A DNA stretch of 64,000 nucleotides from Squalus acanthias. Lineage: Eukaryota. Position numbers and translations under genes: made by a program. The stretch is from assembly GCA_030390025.1 (NCBI GenBank), contig CM059430.1, positions 74,462,001 to 74,526,000 of the forward strand, written 5' to 3'. Shown here in pieces: positions 1-13,138 of this stretch (its first letter is position 1; the number at the start of each line of letters is the position of its first letter). Under the pieces are notes generated by a model. It searched no databases. It was not told where the DNA came from and was given only the letters and a program-made list of their open reading frames with translations.

Positions 1-59
1 TTGAACACAGTGTTTTGCTTAATGTTCATGCAGTAACAGGCAACCCGTAGGAGGAAAGA

Positions 60-1600
60 GTGGAATGGGAAACTGGAGGACCTCAAATTTTAATGCTGCA
101 GTTGATACTTCCACATAAAATGTTCACTCATCACCAACCTGTTAATCCAAGACTTCAGGAAGCATTTTTGAAAAGAAATATTCCTGCCATGAAGTCTACC
201 AAGGTACTCTATGAAGATTTGCTTGCTCATTCCGTCCGGGTTGACTTTTCTTTTGCAACGCCGATTCCTATCTTTTCCTAGATTTCAGCACACAAATTTT
301 AGAAGCGATTTGATGAATACAGCATTCTTCGATTAGGTTCAGTGCCCGCTTCCGGTCCGTCTTGATTTTCTGACCGCAATTTTAAGCTCATTACTGAAGC
401 TCTGCAAGCTTCACAATCAGGAAAACCATTCCATGCAACGTGGCACATTGATAGAGTGTGTAGAGAGGACGGTAGCTGTACACATTGCTTCACTAGGTGC
501 GTCTCAGTTGGACTGGCAGTTGTCAGTTTAGGTTTCCGCCATTTTTCATGTGGCCCACAAGAACTATATGCTAATCTGAGGAGCATATTGCAGATTTTGG
601 AGATAATAGTAGTAAATGGTTAACATTAGGCATCTTGGGAAAAGTAATGCTGCCAAAATCAACACATGCTACTGGGTATGTAGATAATACGTATTTCTGC
701 TACACAGGAGGGGACATCCTTGAAAAGTCCACCAGGATAGATAGCAGAAGTCTAGATAGCTGTGACACCTTATCGTTAACCACAATGCAAACTAAATTAA
801 AAACTAACAAAGTACGATTTTAAGGTATCAAAATGATTAACAGAATATAAAGAAACTTTAGAATATATTCTTATTTAGAGTTGTAACATTGTTTAATAGT
901 GGACATAAACGTTACTGAATACTTCTTGAATGTGGAGAGCATTATCTGAAGACAACGGAGGTAAAGCAAAAGGAATATTAGGTTCATCCAACGGGCTGAC
1001 TGCTTCTAAATATATAGATAAAGTAAGTGAACATGTGGATACTTATTTGTGTCGACATGGGGATCGGTCCTGCGGGTCGAACAACACTAGGAATCGAAAA
1101 CACGATCAATGCCATCGCTGGGTATCTGGAGGGCTTATCATTGATCGATAGAACAGTAAGAGGAATGTTAAGTCAGCCATGATTCTGGGGCAATCCTTGG
1201 GGCTACAGGAATTGTAGAAACACTGTTATTCAGGAAAATATCGGACTGGAAACCTAGTATAAAGGGCATAAAAAGGTTAAACAGTTTCAGCATCAGGATA
1301 GGCAGGAAAGTAAAGATAAGATAGTAGAACAATACGCATCCGGAGTGGTCTGCTCCGAAGCTCTACTTAATTTCTCTGTTGAAAGGGGCCGTCGACAAAA
1401 TGAAAATGAGGTACTGCAGATTCAGAGAACAGAGGAATGAAATGAAAAATTGATATATATACTCGTTCGGACTTTACGATAACTGAAGTAATCTAATCCC
1501 ATCACCAACCCCGAGTCGCAGTCTTGTGGAGGCCCATCAGAATACGAGGAACCGAAATGGTACTTCTATGACGCACTAACACACAGTGGCGTCTTGTCTC
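60..1600 (+). pseudogene. Decayed intronless coding-like segment, candidate endogenous viral nucleoprotein-like gene (duplicate copy 1)
   Basis: Chain of plus-strand protein-like fragments broken by stops and frameshifts (HQPVNPRLQEAFL..PAMKSTKVLYEDLLAHSVRV; MWRALSEDNGGKAKGILGSSNGLTASKYI; VDMGIGPAGRTTLGIENTINAIAGYLEG), colinear with 35740-37490. No recognisable TE motifs. The viral assignment is only a by-eye resemblance. Confidence 0.35.
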
Positions 1601-1920
1601 TTGTCAACTCAACGATAAGATTTCCATCCTCCTTTTCAAATCTCTACACGGCTTACCCCTCCCTATCTCTGTAACCTGCTCTAATCCTCTACAACCTTTT
1701 AAGAACTCTGTTCCTCCAATACAGGAATTACCTCCGAAAACCTTTCCAAAGGCCGCCTACGTCGACTCGTTTAAAACCATTTTAAAGCCAACGTCTTTTA
1801 CCAAGAATTTAATCACCTCTCCTAATATTTCATTTGCTTTATTGTCGTTTTTTTTCCTCGTTCCCCTTCGGTGAAGCGCCTGGTGACGTTTGCTCTACGT
1901 TACAGGTAATATACAACTGC
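1600..1920 (+). mobile_element. L2/CR1-type LINE 3' fragment
   Basis: Typical LINE C-terminal/3' sequence (ttcaaatctctacacggcttacccctccctatctctgtaacc..., FKSLHGLPLPIS); paralog at ~37500-37800. Confidence 0.55.
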
Positions 1921-2244
1921 AATTTTTTGTTGTGTAGCTAGTTTTGCATTGCCATTCCCAGATATCTGGACATTTCCTCAAAATGTGTGTGTGCACTCTA
2001 TGGGCAGATGGTTGGAAGCTGCTTTTGCACAGCATTCGCTGCCTGACTTCCCTCCAGCGAACGTAAGCGAAGTGTGTTTTCCTTTGGGAAACCTATTATC
2101 CATATATCATGAAGCTACCACAAATGGTATCGTCAGCAGTCTTGGTATAAATTCTCCACTTAAAATAAGTTCCAGCAGAAAAGGGAACAAGAAATTAAAC
2201 AAAACAGTTCGCAAATAGCCTTCAAAGTTGTTACAAAATTTAAG

Positions 2245-3020
2245 TTAGGAACAGAGGAATATAGGAACTTGAGTTGGCCATTTAGTGACTCGGGTCTGTC
2301 CCGCCATTCAAATCGATCATGACTGATCCGAATCTCAGCTCAATTTCCCCGCCTGAGTTTCGTATCCCTCAATACCTTTACCTGAGAAAAATCTATTAAT
2401 CTCAATATTTACATTTTTAATTGACCTAGCCTGAACCCTTTTTTTGAGGGAGTGAGAGATTTCCAGATTTCTTCTACCCTGTGTGTGAACAAGTGCTCCT
2501 GGTATCACTCCTGAACGGTCTAGCTCTAATTTTCGCTTAGGCCCCTTGTTTTGAAGACTCCCATCAGAGGAAGTAGATTATCTGAATCATTTTATTCTGC
2601 TCCATTAGATCACCCCTAAAACTTCTGTACTCAAGGCAATACAAGCCTAGTTTCTGCAACCTGTTGTTATAATTAACACTTTTAGCCGATATAATTCTGG
2701 TGAATCTAAGCTACATCCCTTCCTGGGCCAGTACAGCCTTCCTGAGGTGCGGTGCCTCGAAGTGAATGTAGTATTCCAGATGCAGTCTAACCAGAGCGTT
2801 AGACAACTGCGGCAAATATCCACCCTTTTTATTCCAGCTCCCTTCAGATGAAGGTTAACAATCTATTAGCCGTTTTAATTATTTTGTACCTATCCTGTAG
2901 CTTGTAATGATCTCTGTACATGGAGCCATAAATGTCTCTGTTCCTCCACAGTTCCTAGCTTCTCACCATTTATAAATATTCTGATTTATCTTTATTACGG
3001 CCAAATCGGATGACCTCACA
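2245..3020 (-). mobile_element. CR1 (HER1-like) LINE, 5'-truncated, decayed
   Basis: Shark-type CR1 3' UTR (ataggaacttgagttggccatt..ccattc..atcatgactgatc) and degenerate RT C-terminus; orthologous copy at ~38205-38975. Confidence 0.75.
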
Positions 3021-3367
3021 GCTCCAGTATAAAACAATTTAGCGTAACTTCTATAAACCGGAAACTTCAGTAGCCGTGGACTGTCATTTTCAAGAATAGT
3101 TCTGCACTGGCATTAATGCAATGACATTGAATGATTGTCTAATTTACTTCATATGTAATTAACTGGTGGATGCTTCAAGTGCCTTTGCAAAATCTGTTGG
3201 AAAACTGGACCGTGCAACAAACATGCCAGCCATTTAGTACAAGCTAACTATAACGTTTTTCTAATTCCTTTCACCCACTTTCTGCTCAATCAATGAAGTG
3301 TAACCCTTTGCAAAGTTAAACATATTTGATGTTATTTTTCATACCTGGTATACCGTGCAATCATCAA

Positions 3368-3826
3368 GGCCCGTATTATCCGATTGGAGGTTTCCTGCTT
3401 GCAGATGCCTCCGATCTGGAAAAAAATTACTCACTTATCTGAGGGCTCCTGAGTACCGGCCATTACCGCTCCTGGGCCTGTCCACGAGGAAATGCGCAGA
3501 GGCCCAGGTATCCCAGGGGCGCATGCGGTTCGGAAGCGTCCCTGGGATCACGTGGGCCATGGGGAACCAATGGAAGAAGGGAATTCCCCTTCATACTTTT
3601 GACAGGACTCTCAGCTTAGACTTGTCAAAATTATGATTGGGGATCACGCAAAAAATACATTAAAACATTAAATATATTTTTTTAAAGACATGTTTTTAAA
3701 CTTAGTTAAAATTATATTAAATTAAATATTTTAAACAAAAATTTATTTTTTTGAAAAAAATAATTTAAGCTTTTAAGGGGCTAGAAAATAAACTTACCGT
3801 TTCTAAAAGTATTTTTAAATTATAAA
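3368..3826 (+). mobile_element. Non-autonomous Harbinger-like MITE (family C), truncated
   Basis: Begins GGCCCGTATTATCCGATTGGAGG, the same terminus as the copies at 9520, 15903(rc) and 41431(rc); absent from the paralogous site near 39330. Confidence 0.7.
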
Positions 3827-6800
3827 TGAATGACATAATTTAGTTGGATTACGCCGAAGATGGAAACCTATTGCTTCGTGAAAAGACGAGTAAATGTCTG
3901 ACGTCTAATATATAAAATTCTTATTGCGTGTTTATCTATGCATATTAATGATGGGATTTCATCACCAACAGTGCAAATATGAAAGCACTTTGGGAATTTG
4001 CAAACTTTCTTAGAAGGGTAGATCAATATATATTTGAGAAACTGACTTTGTTTATTCCTTAAGTCAGTTCGAGCCGTTCAATATATATGGAAACGTTGTT
4101 ATTCGCTTCGTGTTATTGTTTTTTCTCGCTCCTCAGGTCTTGTCTCCTAAACTCAGGTATTTCATTTAGAAGAATGACTGGCTTTCTGCAGTATATTGGA
4201 ACTGAAGCACTCAGTCATATAATTGATTAAGTAATGATTCTACTTTTTTCTTCTGAAAACAAATGATTGTCCCACTTCCTTGATCTAGGCAGGAGAGATG
4301 CTAAACACAAAATAACCAGCACAGGATGAATATTAAACTCTTCATATCAGAACCTACATGTGTGTTTATACATTTTGGGGGTATGGCAACCTTTTTACTA
4401 ACGCTTTACAGGGACGGAGGAGTTTGGAGCTTCTTGCCAGTAATTCGTCTGTTAATCGCAGTTGATTTCTACCTGCCTGGTTCATGTGTATTGATTTATG
4501 TGGTCCCGAATCTGCAGCCATAAGAAGCATACCTCAAAATAACAACGGAGGAATATTTACGCCTTAGTGTTTGTCAATTTTCAGAACATATAGTTGTCTC
4601 ACATAAATCTTATTACAAAAAAAATGTACACGATTCAAATGATAATGTTGCTGCAGGAAAGAAAGCTGCACCGGGCCAGGAAATAAAAGTGACAGATTTA
4701 TGGTGTTGAACATGGCTGCAATAATATGTAGATGTATATATTCCTTTGATGTATATGTGCTTCTTCATTCTGGAAGCAATATTTCTTCCCCGGCTCATCC
4801 TGATGGATAAGCTGTTAATACTTAACTTAGATGAGTGCTCTTTTCGAGAACTTCCGTGGCTCGTCCACGAACTCAATCCGGTGAAATTTCCAAGCCAAGG
4901 GGGAGGCGAGGCGGGGGTAACCGGGTTTCAGGATAGTATAGGCAGCTATGACTATGTTTTTTCTAAAATTTTGGGCCTCACACATTCAACAAGCGTTGGA
5001 ATATAACCACCTGCAGCGAAATACCGTGTCTACAGATCAAGCAGTTATTTTTCAATGTTTGCCTTATACCCTGTCATCATTTGAAGCTTGCAAATCATTA
5101 TTAACATTACTGATGTGGCTAATGCTTATTCTAACTTATACTATACAGATAGAGACTGATGTAAATAACTACTATTTCTAATACAATAACGACTAACAGC
5201 AAATCCGTCTTATGGTCTTAACTACTTAGTTCCCGCTATATCTCCTTGTATTAATGTGGCTCTATTTACGAGTCCTTGAAAATTTGAAGCATTTCCAGTG
5301 TCAACAGTAATGTCAGACTTGAGGTTTCATTTGCGATGGTTTTGTATCGGTCAATTTTGAGGAATTTCTGAAGGGCGTTGTTAAGTCTAACCTTAAGACT
5401 CCATTTACGAATGCAAATACCTTTATGTTGGATCCATTTGTCATCTCTTTAGCTACAGGTTCCAGATATATATATTTGTCCTCCTTCTCTGCCCATGTCT
5501 TCTACAGGGACTTGTTATTATCCTCGTACTGTTACGTCAAATCGACTACGGCGATATCATCTACTTTCTGAAAGATTATGTCAGGTTTCCAAAGTTTGCC
5601 ATCTGATAATTTGTGTCTAGGGTCGATGTAAACTGGCCAGCCATATCTACTGGTCTTTTCCTCCAGCCTTTCGAGAACCTTGTTGTGTCTCTTTATCTGT
5701 GGGTTCTTAACTGAGCGACAGCTTCCTGATATATGGGATAGGGTTTCGTTAGCAGCATCGCAATTCCTGCAGTTTTTTTGATCCGATACTTCTGAATGGA
5801 ACTATGTATCTGGTGGCGTAGATATTTGATCTTAGTAGAAGAGCCTTTATAAAGTTAGATTGTTTAATTTTACTGTTTAAACTGATTAAATTGTTTGAGA
5901 TATGGTCGTTACGATAGCAAGTATATCCTGAGCCTTGGTACTGGAGTTTTGCCTATTTTTCGAACTCCAAGCTTCTCCATTCTAAGCATTCGTTGATGCT
6001 GTTCTTCCTATTGCTTAACCGCTCCTCGGGTACTATATTTTGCAGTTCTTCTGCTATGTCTGGTGAGATCGTCCGTTTCTGTACCACTGTCCTCAATTAA
6101 TATTTTCTTCGATGATCATTCTTGCTCCTTTGCCTCTTTGAGTTCTTTAAAATGTTTCAATTCTTCGATGTTGCCTTTGCTGTTTGATCCGCAAAACTTG
6201 AATGAGGCTCTTATGGTAGGATCGTTTGACTTCTCCAAGACAACAAGATTCCTTATTATCACCGATGGTATCTGAATTTCCAATTTTGTTAGGCTTACTC
6301 TCCCGTCGTTTGTTCTTCAGTAGAGTGTTCCGTCGGAGATATCTTCTGGTAAGTGTAGGATTTCCTTGATGGCCTTCTTAATTATTCGGACCAGAATAAT
6401 TAGTGATACCTCTGTGAGAATAAGATGGTAGCAGATTCTCGGTAGCAGGTGTGTTTGTAATAACACAATCATCTGAGTGCGTTTCAGTTCACTTTCCTTG
6501 AGATTGTGTACCCAAGTTGAAAGTGTTTCTGCCACTTATCTTCAGTGACATCTGATCATGGATCGATCTGACCACCAAGATATTTTTTCTATTGTTCCTG
6601 GGGGTATGTAATCCAGTTCTTTACTTTCTCAGGCCCACTTCCTTCCTTTGTTATATAGGAAAGTCTTGTTGCTAGAATCCTTTTCGGAAACAGCTGTCTT
6701 TTTATGTTAATTTCCAGTCCTGTTTTCTTGCTGAGCGACTTCAACATGGATAATTTTTGGATGATCTCGTCGTGGGAGATGCTTAATAGTACAATGATGC

Positions 6801-8091
6801 AGCGAATGCGAGTGCTGTGCATTTCCTTGTGCTGTTGTTACTTCCCATCCATAAGCCGGAGCCACCCTTTTCTAGTGAGCAGAGGAAAGGGTCCATGGTT
6901 ATGTTGAACAGAAGAGGAGAAAGAGAGTCGCCTTGTGTGATCCCTTTCTTGATAATTATTGGGTCTGTAATTTTCCTGTCTCCTTCGATAATTGTTGTAG
7001 TTCCGGGGAACAAGTTTTCAATCAGTTTAATGAACAATTTGTTCAGCCCCATGCTGGCCAGACCCTTCGATATCAATTTGTGTGCACCAGATTCGAATGC
7101 CTTGGCCAGGTCCACGAAAACCACAGCCAGTTGTTTTCGGTTGTTTCCCGACCTTTTATAATGTTTTGGATTATGGCTATGTTCGAGTGACCTCCAGGAG
7201 ATGCCGCTAAGAAGCCGTTTTGTCTGGGATTTAAGCTGATAGCTTCGGCTAACCTTTTTGTGATGATTTTGGTAAAGGGACTGAGCAGTATGGGGCCTAT
7301 TGTTATTGGTCTCCATTTATCGAAGTTTTTGAGGAGCTCTGTGTCTTCTGATTTAAGGATAATTGCTGTCCGACTTTAGTCACACTACCTGGAATGATTT
7401 GTGATTACATCCATAGGGTGAAGATTCTTAGCAGGAGGCTGAAAGCAGTTCCTACAATGTTCATCAGATCTTCTACTGAAATGCCACCGCGGCTTTGTGC
7501 GTTGCCTTTCTTCATCTCTTCCATGGCCGATTTAATCTCTGTTTCACTTATTAAATTCATAAGGACTGTATTTTTTGCTTTTTTGGTGCATGCTGTTATT
7601 TTGTTGATACCTGCTTTATCGTTTGGTTTTGATAGTTTATTTCTGTAACATAGTTCCAATTTTTCCTTTGTTAACGGACATTTGATTTGAACTGGACCGG
7701 CCATTATATGCTTATCCAATCTCGTTCTGTCTTTTTTGGACAGTGATTGGTTCATTTTGTATTCAACCATTCTCGTGGCGTTATTTTTGAACTCCCGAGT
7801 TGTTGTTGTTTTGTTCTTCCTATTACTATTGCAACGTTTAGTTTTGTTGTTTTCTGTTACATTTTCAAGTTGTGGACTCGATGAGAGCTACTGCTCGTGT
7901 TAATTTTATCCTGAATCCCAGTGGTTTTGTAACAATTGTTTTGCTTCCATAATTCGTTTTGGCAAATCCATTTACTCCCTATTAAGTTTTGATGGAGTCT
8001 TTCTCTGGTTATTTTTCTCCGTTAGTGATTTGATATAAATAATCATTGCGTTCTTCATCTGTTCTTTTTTTTCCGGGATTATTATTGGATT

Positions 8092-8615
8092 AGAGTCATA
8101 ACGGCACAGAAGGAGGCTATTTAGCCCATCGAGTCCGTGCCAGCTCTCTGTAGAACAATCCAGTCATTTCCATTCCCCCGCTCTATCCCCGTAGCCCTCC
8201 AAGATTATTTCCATCAAGTTCCTTTCCAGTCTCCCCTTGAAAATATTGAATTGTTCCGCTTTCACCACGTCTGTCGGCAGCGAGTTCCAGGTTCTCACCA
8301 CTTGCTGCATAAAAAAAGGTTTTTCCTCACATCCCCCCTGTATCTCTTGACCAAAACCTTAAATCTGTTTCCCATAGTCCTTGTACCATCAACTTGTGTG
8401 GACAGCCTTTCTCCGTCTAGCCTATCCAAACCCGTCATAATCTTGTACACCTCTAACAAATCACCCCGCAACGTTATTTGCTCTGATGAAAACAAATCCA
8501 GCTTTTCCAGCCTGTCCTTGCAGCTAAGATCCCCCTTCCCCGGAACCATTCTGCTAAATCTCCTCTGCACCCTCTCAAGTGCTTTCACACCCATCCTAAT
8601 GTGTGGTGACCAGAA
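8092..8615 (-). mobile_element. CR1 LINE 3' fragment inside R2
   Basis: ORF 8295-8639 FWSPH..ALERVQRRFSRMVPG..LRGDLLEVYKIMTGLDR is the CR1 ORF2 C-terminus. Confidence 0.85.
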
Positions 8616-8617
8616 CG

Positions 8618-8735
8618 GTGTCAGTGAAACTGTAACCACAATGCACGGTGTCAGTGACCCTGTACCCTCAATGCCTAGATCTAGTGACCCTGATCCACAA
8701 TGCCAAGGGTCAGTAACCCTATTCTCACAATGCCG
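8618..8735. repeat. ~30-bp degenerate minisatellite, ~4 units
   Basis: ggtgtcagtgaaactgtaaccacaatgcac / ggtgtcagtgaccctgtaccctcaatgcct / agatctagtgaccctgatccacaatgcc / aagggtcagtaaccctattctcacaatgcc. Confidence 0.75.
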
Positions 8736-9519
8736 ATTTGCTATAAAGTATCATTGCGTTCTTCATCAGTCCTGTTGTTTGTGGGATTATTATTGGATTC
8801 ATGGTTGTTAACATTTTCTTCCTCAAGGCTTTGACTTCGGTTGATCTCCTCTTATCTAATACCTGTTTGCTGGTTTTAGTTTTTAGTTCATTCCTTATTT
8901 TATCATTAATGTTGTGACAGCCTTTGGGTGTTAATGCTAATTCAAGGAGAAGGCGTGCTTTCTCTTCCGGCCATGCTGATTTCCTTCCTTTAGGTTTCTT
9001 GGGAACGGCGTAATTTATTTTTTTCTCGTTCCTTAGTTCAGCATGCTGGTAACATTCATGCTGGCTTAACCCACTATGTGTGTTAAATTTCTTGTGACAA
9101 ATTGTGCATTGATAATCTCCTGCTGGGTCAGACTGCTTATTCCTTTTACATTTGCCATAGTGGCAGGCGGTGGTGTGGTAATCAACTTTTTGTTACATTT
9201 GGGAAAATTGTTGACTTAGTTTGAAGAATTACATTCTTTTTTTTTAATGAACTAATTGTGTTAAACATCGGTCTACAGGGAATGCTCAATAATTGGCCTA
9301 TTGGTTAGTGAATGTTGTCCTCGCTCTGATTCTTGTGCTTAGTTTGGGAGTCTATTCTAACCATTTCACTATAGGCACGCTGTATTGTATCAAGTAAATC
9401 CTCATTGTCGTGTATCTCTTTGTTGGTATTTGAATTGTGCTATCCTGCGGAATTTTGAGGCAGGAATTGTCAAAGGTAAGATTCTAAATGACGATTCCTC
9501 TAGGTCTGTAATTATCATT

Positions 9520-10068
9520 GGCCCGTATTTACCGATCGGAGCCTTCCTGCATGCGGAGGCCTCCGATCTGGAAAAAATCAATAAATTTACCTGAGAGCTC
9601 CCGAGGTGCGTACACTTCCGCTCCTGGGCCTCTCCAAACTCGAAATGCGCGCAGGGCCCAGGTATCCCAGAGGCGCATGCAGTTGGCAAGCGACCCTGGG
9701 ATCATGTGGGCCAGGCCAGCCAATAGCAGAAGGGAAACTCCCTTCATACTTTTGACAGACCGGTCAAATATATGAATGAAGCTCACCTCAAAAACACAGT
9801 AAAACATTAAATACATTTTTAAAAAGTCGCGTTTTTAAAATGAGTTAAGTTTACAATAAATTAAATATTTTAAACAAAAATGTAATTAAAAAAAAATTAT
9901 TAAATTTTTTTACGGAGCTAAAAATAAACTTAACTTTTTAATTCTTGACAGACCGGAAATAACGGTTTTTAGGGCATGCGCTTCGCATGCCTGAAACCGG
10001 CATTTTTGATGTCCCTACGGTTGTGTACACAGCTCGTACACACCTGTAGGCATCGGAAAATACGACGC
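9520..10068 (+). mobile_element. Harbinger-like MITE (family C) with both ends
   Basis: Left end GGCCCGTATTTACCGATC, right end CATCGGAAAATACGACGC (imperfect ~17-bp TIR); flanked by ATT/AAT; absent at the paralogous site ~53835. Confidence 0.7.
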
Positions 10069-10805
10069 AATATCGTTAGCTTTATTATCATCTCCATCAG
10101 GAAAAAAATATCGTGTTCTTTAACGACCGCAATTGGTATCCTACTGGCCATTGGAAATGGACTTATAATGGGCGAAAATTTCGGCCCTTGCCGGGTTTAC
10201 GCTTTGTGTACTCATCCGTAAGGTCACCTGAAGTGCCGGTTTCCTGCATGCACTGCGCATGCGCGGGAAAGCGGAACTTCCGTTGGCCTGATGGAAAGGG
10301 TCCGTAGTTGAATCGCGCGCGCCGGAGAGGCAGCGCGTGCGCATTGGACTTCGGTATTTTTCTCAATTGGTACAGTGCGGGTAAATCCCCGGCAGCTGCG
10401 CTTTTTAAAAGCAAGAGTAAAGCCTTGTTTGCAGCTCTAGAACGATCAGGATGAAGAAATCTTTCACCAGTGGGGCTACTAACCTGAAAAATTTTAATTC
10501 TGAAAGGGAGCAAAGTTTTTTTCATAAAGTCTGAGGTAAGTTTCCAATTGTTAAAACAAAATTTGAAACGGGATTCGTCCATTTGGAGTAGTGTAGTTAT
10601 AAAGAGCAACTCTCGCTGTGTGCAAGGCATAACTGAATTCGATTTTTTTCTTTCAGAAAGTCTGAGGTAAGTTTCCAACTTAAAACATCCGTTAAAAACG
10701 TGTTTGGACCTTGTGTTGAGTAGTGTAGTTATAAGGAGCAACTCTTGCTGTGTGCAAGGCCTAATTGAATTAGATTATTTTCTTAAATATGAAAATGACT
10801 GTTTA

Positions 10806-11880
10806 AGAACATAAGAACATAAGAACATAAGAAATAGGAGCAGGTGTAGGCCAATCGGCCCCTCGAGCCTGCTCCGCCATTCAATAAGATCATGGCTGAT
10901 CTGATCCTAACCGCCAATCTACTATCTACTATCACAGAACCATCTCCTGCATCTAACAGAATTGCACACACGAAATAGGAGCAGAATCAGGCTACACGGT
11001 CCCTGGGCCAGCTCCACTACCCACAGGGCCATGACCGATCCGAACCTAGACTCATGTCCAAATTCCTGCCCGCTCCCCGTAACCCTTAATGCCCTTTACT
11101 TCTAGGAAACTGTCTATTTCTGTTTTAAATTTATTTAATGATGTAGCTTCTACAGCTTTTTGTGGCAGCATATTCCATGGACCTACCACCCTCTGAGTGA
11201 AGTAGTTCCTCCTCATCTCAGTTTTGAAAGAGCAGCCCCTTATTCTAAGACTATGTCCCCTAGTTCTAGTCTCACCCGTCATCGGGAACATCCTCCCCGC
11301 ATCCACCCGATCCAACCCCTTCGCAATCTTATATGTTTCAATAAGATCGCCTCTCATTCTTCTGAACTCCAATGAGTAGAGTCCAAATCTACCCAACCTC
11401 TCCTCATATGACCACCCCCTCATCCCCGGGATTAACCGTGTGAACCTTTTTTGCACTGCCTCGAGAGCAAGGATGTCTTTCCTTAAGTAAGGAGACCAAA
11501 ACTGTATGCAGTATTCCAGGTGCGGTCTCACCAATACCTTGTACAACTGAAGCAATACCTCCCTATTTTTACATTCTATCCCCCTAGCAATGAAAGCCAA
11601 CATTCCATTTGCCTTCTTAATCACTTGCTGCACCTGCATACTAACCTTTTGAGTTTCGTGCACCAGGACCCCCAGATCCCTTTGCACTTCAGTACTCTCC
11701 AGTTTCTTGCTATTAAGATAATAAATTGCTCTAGGATTTTTCCTGCCAAAGTGCATCACCTCACACTTTCCAGTGTTGTATTCCATCTGCCAAATCTCTG
11801 CCCACTTACTTAGCCTGTCTATGTCCCCTTGCAGGTTTTTTATGTCCTCCTCACTCACTACTTTCCCTCCCATCTTAGTA
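10806..11880 (-). mobile_element. CR1 (HER1-like) LINE, 5'-truncated, with open RT C-terminus
   Basis: (TAAGAACA)n tail at 10805-10830; ORF 11052-11918 (LQGDIDRLSKWAEIWQMEYNTGKCEVMHFG..VRPHLEYCIQFWSP..RGHSLRIRG) is uninterrupted. Confidence 0.92.
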
Positions 11881-12034
11881 ACATTTCGAAAAGTATAAAA
11901 AAAGAAAATGAGCATCAATTATATTACTTTAAGTAAGTATGTATGTGTCACTTTCTGAAAATGATACAGTTATTGGAAAAGTATCTCGGGCCGTGATATT
12001 CATCAGGTGGGAATGAAGTGTTCCCAATCCGATA

Positions 12035-12740
12035 CCTTAAGAGGGCGCCAATGGGACGCAAAGCCGCTAACGCCCGGGCGCAGCGATGTTTGCGCCGCTC
12101 GGGAACTTAACTAGAGATTGTGCGGCGGCGCTAAACTTTACCGCTGCGACCACCTGCGTGCGCAGATTGTGACGTCATTCCATGGTGCAACGCCCTTGTG
12201 GCGCCCCGGAGCGGAAATTGAGTGGCGCCCCCTGCCTTACCGCCTAGCGCATCCAACGACCGGAAGACTGGAACGCTATCAATCGCTGTGGGGCTGGGGG
12301 GGGCGCTATTTAAAGGGGGCCTCTTCCTGTCTTTTTCTGTGGTTGACATTTTTGCACCATTCGTTCTGAGAGAGAGAGAGAGATTCGGAGAGAGAGAAAG
12401 AGAGACTTCTGCATTGAGTCAACGCTTTGTGAGGTAGTTTTGCCTACTGATCCTAACAGTTGCCCCCCCCCCCCGCTTTAAGAACTGGCCGGCGCCAGTG
12501 TGTCTGTGTTCCCTCGCTAACTGGCAGCACCTGCGCTGCGCTCGTGCGCTGAGTTAACGCCTCACTGCTCGGCCTTTGCACCTTAAGACAGGTGTGCAGC
12601 GCCTGATTTAGCGCTCCACTCACCTCCCGGGGCGGTAAAAGTGAAGTTTCCAGTCAGTGGCGATAATTAGCGCCAGGCGCTAATATTTGAGTACGGACGA
12701 TATTTGCGCCCCAAACGGGGCGCGACCTAATTTTTCCCCC
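12035..12740. mobile_element. Internal-deletion derivative (MITE) of Harbinger family B
   Basis: Nearly identical, in reverse complement, to 53128-53553 and 49372-49651 of the full element, joined at ~12457; right end TTTTTCCCCC is the TIR; the other TIR is missing. Confidence 0.9.
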
Positions 12741-13138
12741 TATAACTTTTAAATATTAACTTGCCATTTTCTACTTTTCAAACATTCGTAAACATAAATA
12801 GTTTAGAATAAAATTTGTAAACAGTTTAAAGTGACTTTTTTGGTTTCTTAGTGCATTAACGACATTCAAGATGGAAGCTAGCTATTTTCTAAATTTCAAA
12901 CAGTTGTAATGTTAAATTATTTTGCAAATAAAATTTGAATTTTTTCTAAGTGACTAGAGGCTGTGCTTTTTAAATGAAAAGTTTACATAGACTTTCAGTC
13001 ACAAATATATATTTCAATAAAAAAAGCAATGAAAACATTTACATTTAAATAAAACGAAAAATTAAACAATTTAATAATTTGCCCCCTCGCATCTGTGCCT
13101 GAGGGTCAAAGGATGTGCATTGTGCAAAAGGTGACACC

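Larger units (their letters stand above)
1925..4850 (+). pseudogene. Decayed coding-like segment interrupted by TEs, candidate viral glycoprotein-like gene (copy 1)
   Basis: After removing the CR1 (2245-3020) and MITE (3368-3826), plus-strand fragments remain that are Cys-rich (GGCFKCLCKICWKTGPCNKH) and end in a hydrophobic stretch (YVDVYIPLMYMCFFILEAIFLPRLILM). Colinear with 37880-40510. Confidence 0.25.

Noticed and set aside
6-45. CACAGTG heptamer as a recombination signal sequence
   Set aside because: No ACAAAAACC-like nonamer at 12 or 23 bp, and no V/D/J segment adjacent; the receptor V exon has no RSS either.
5000-5270. 28S rRNA fragment expected beside R2
   Set aside because: No rRNA-like sequence visible; no rRNA or tRNA gene could be supported anywhere in the window.
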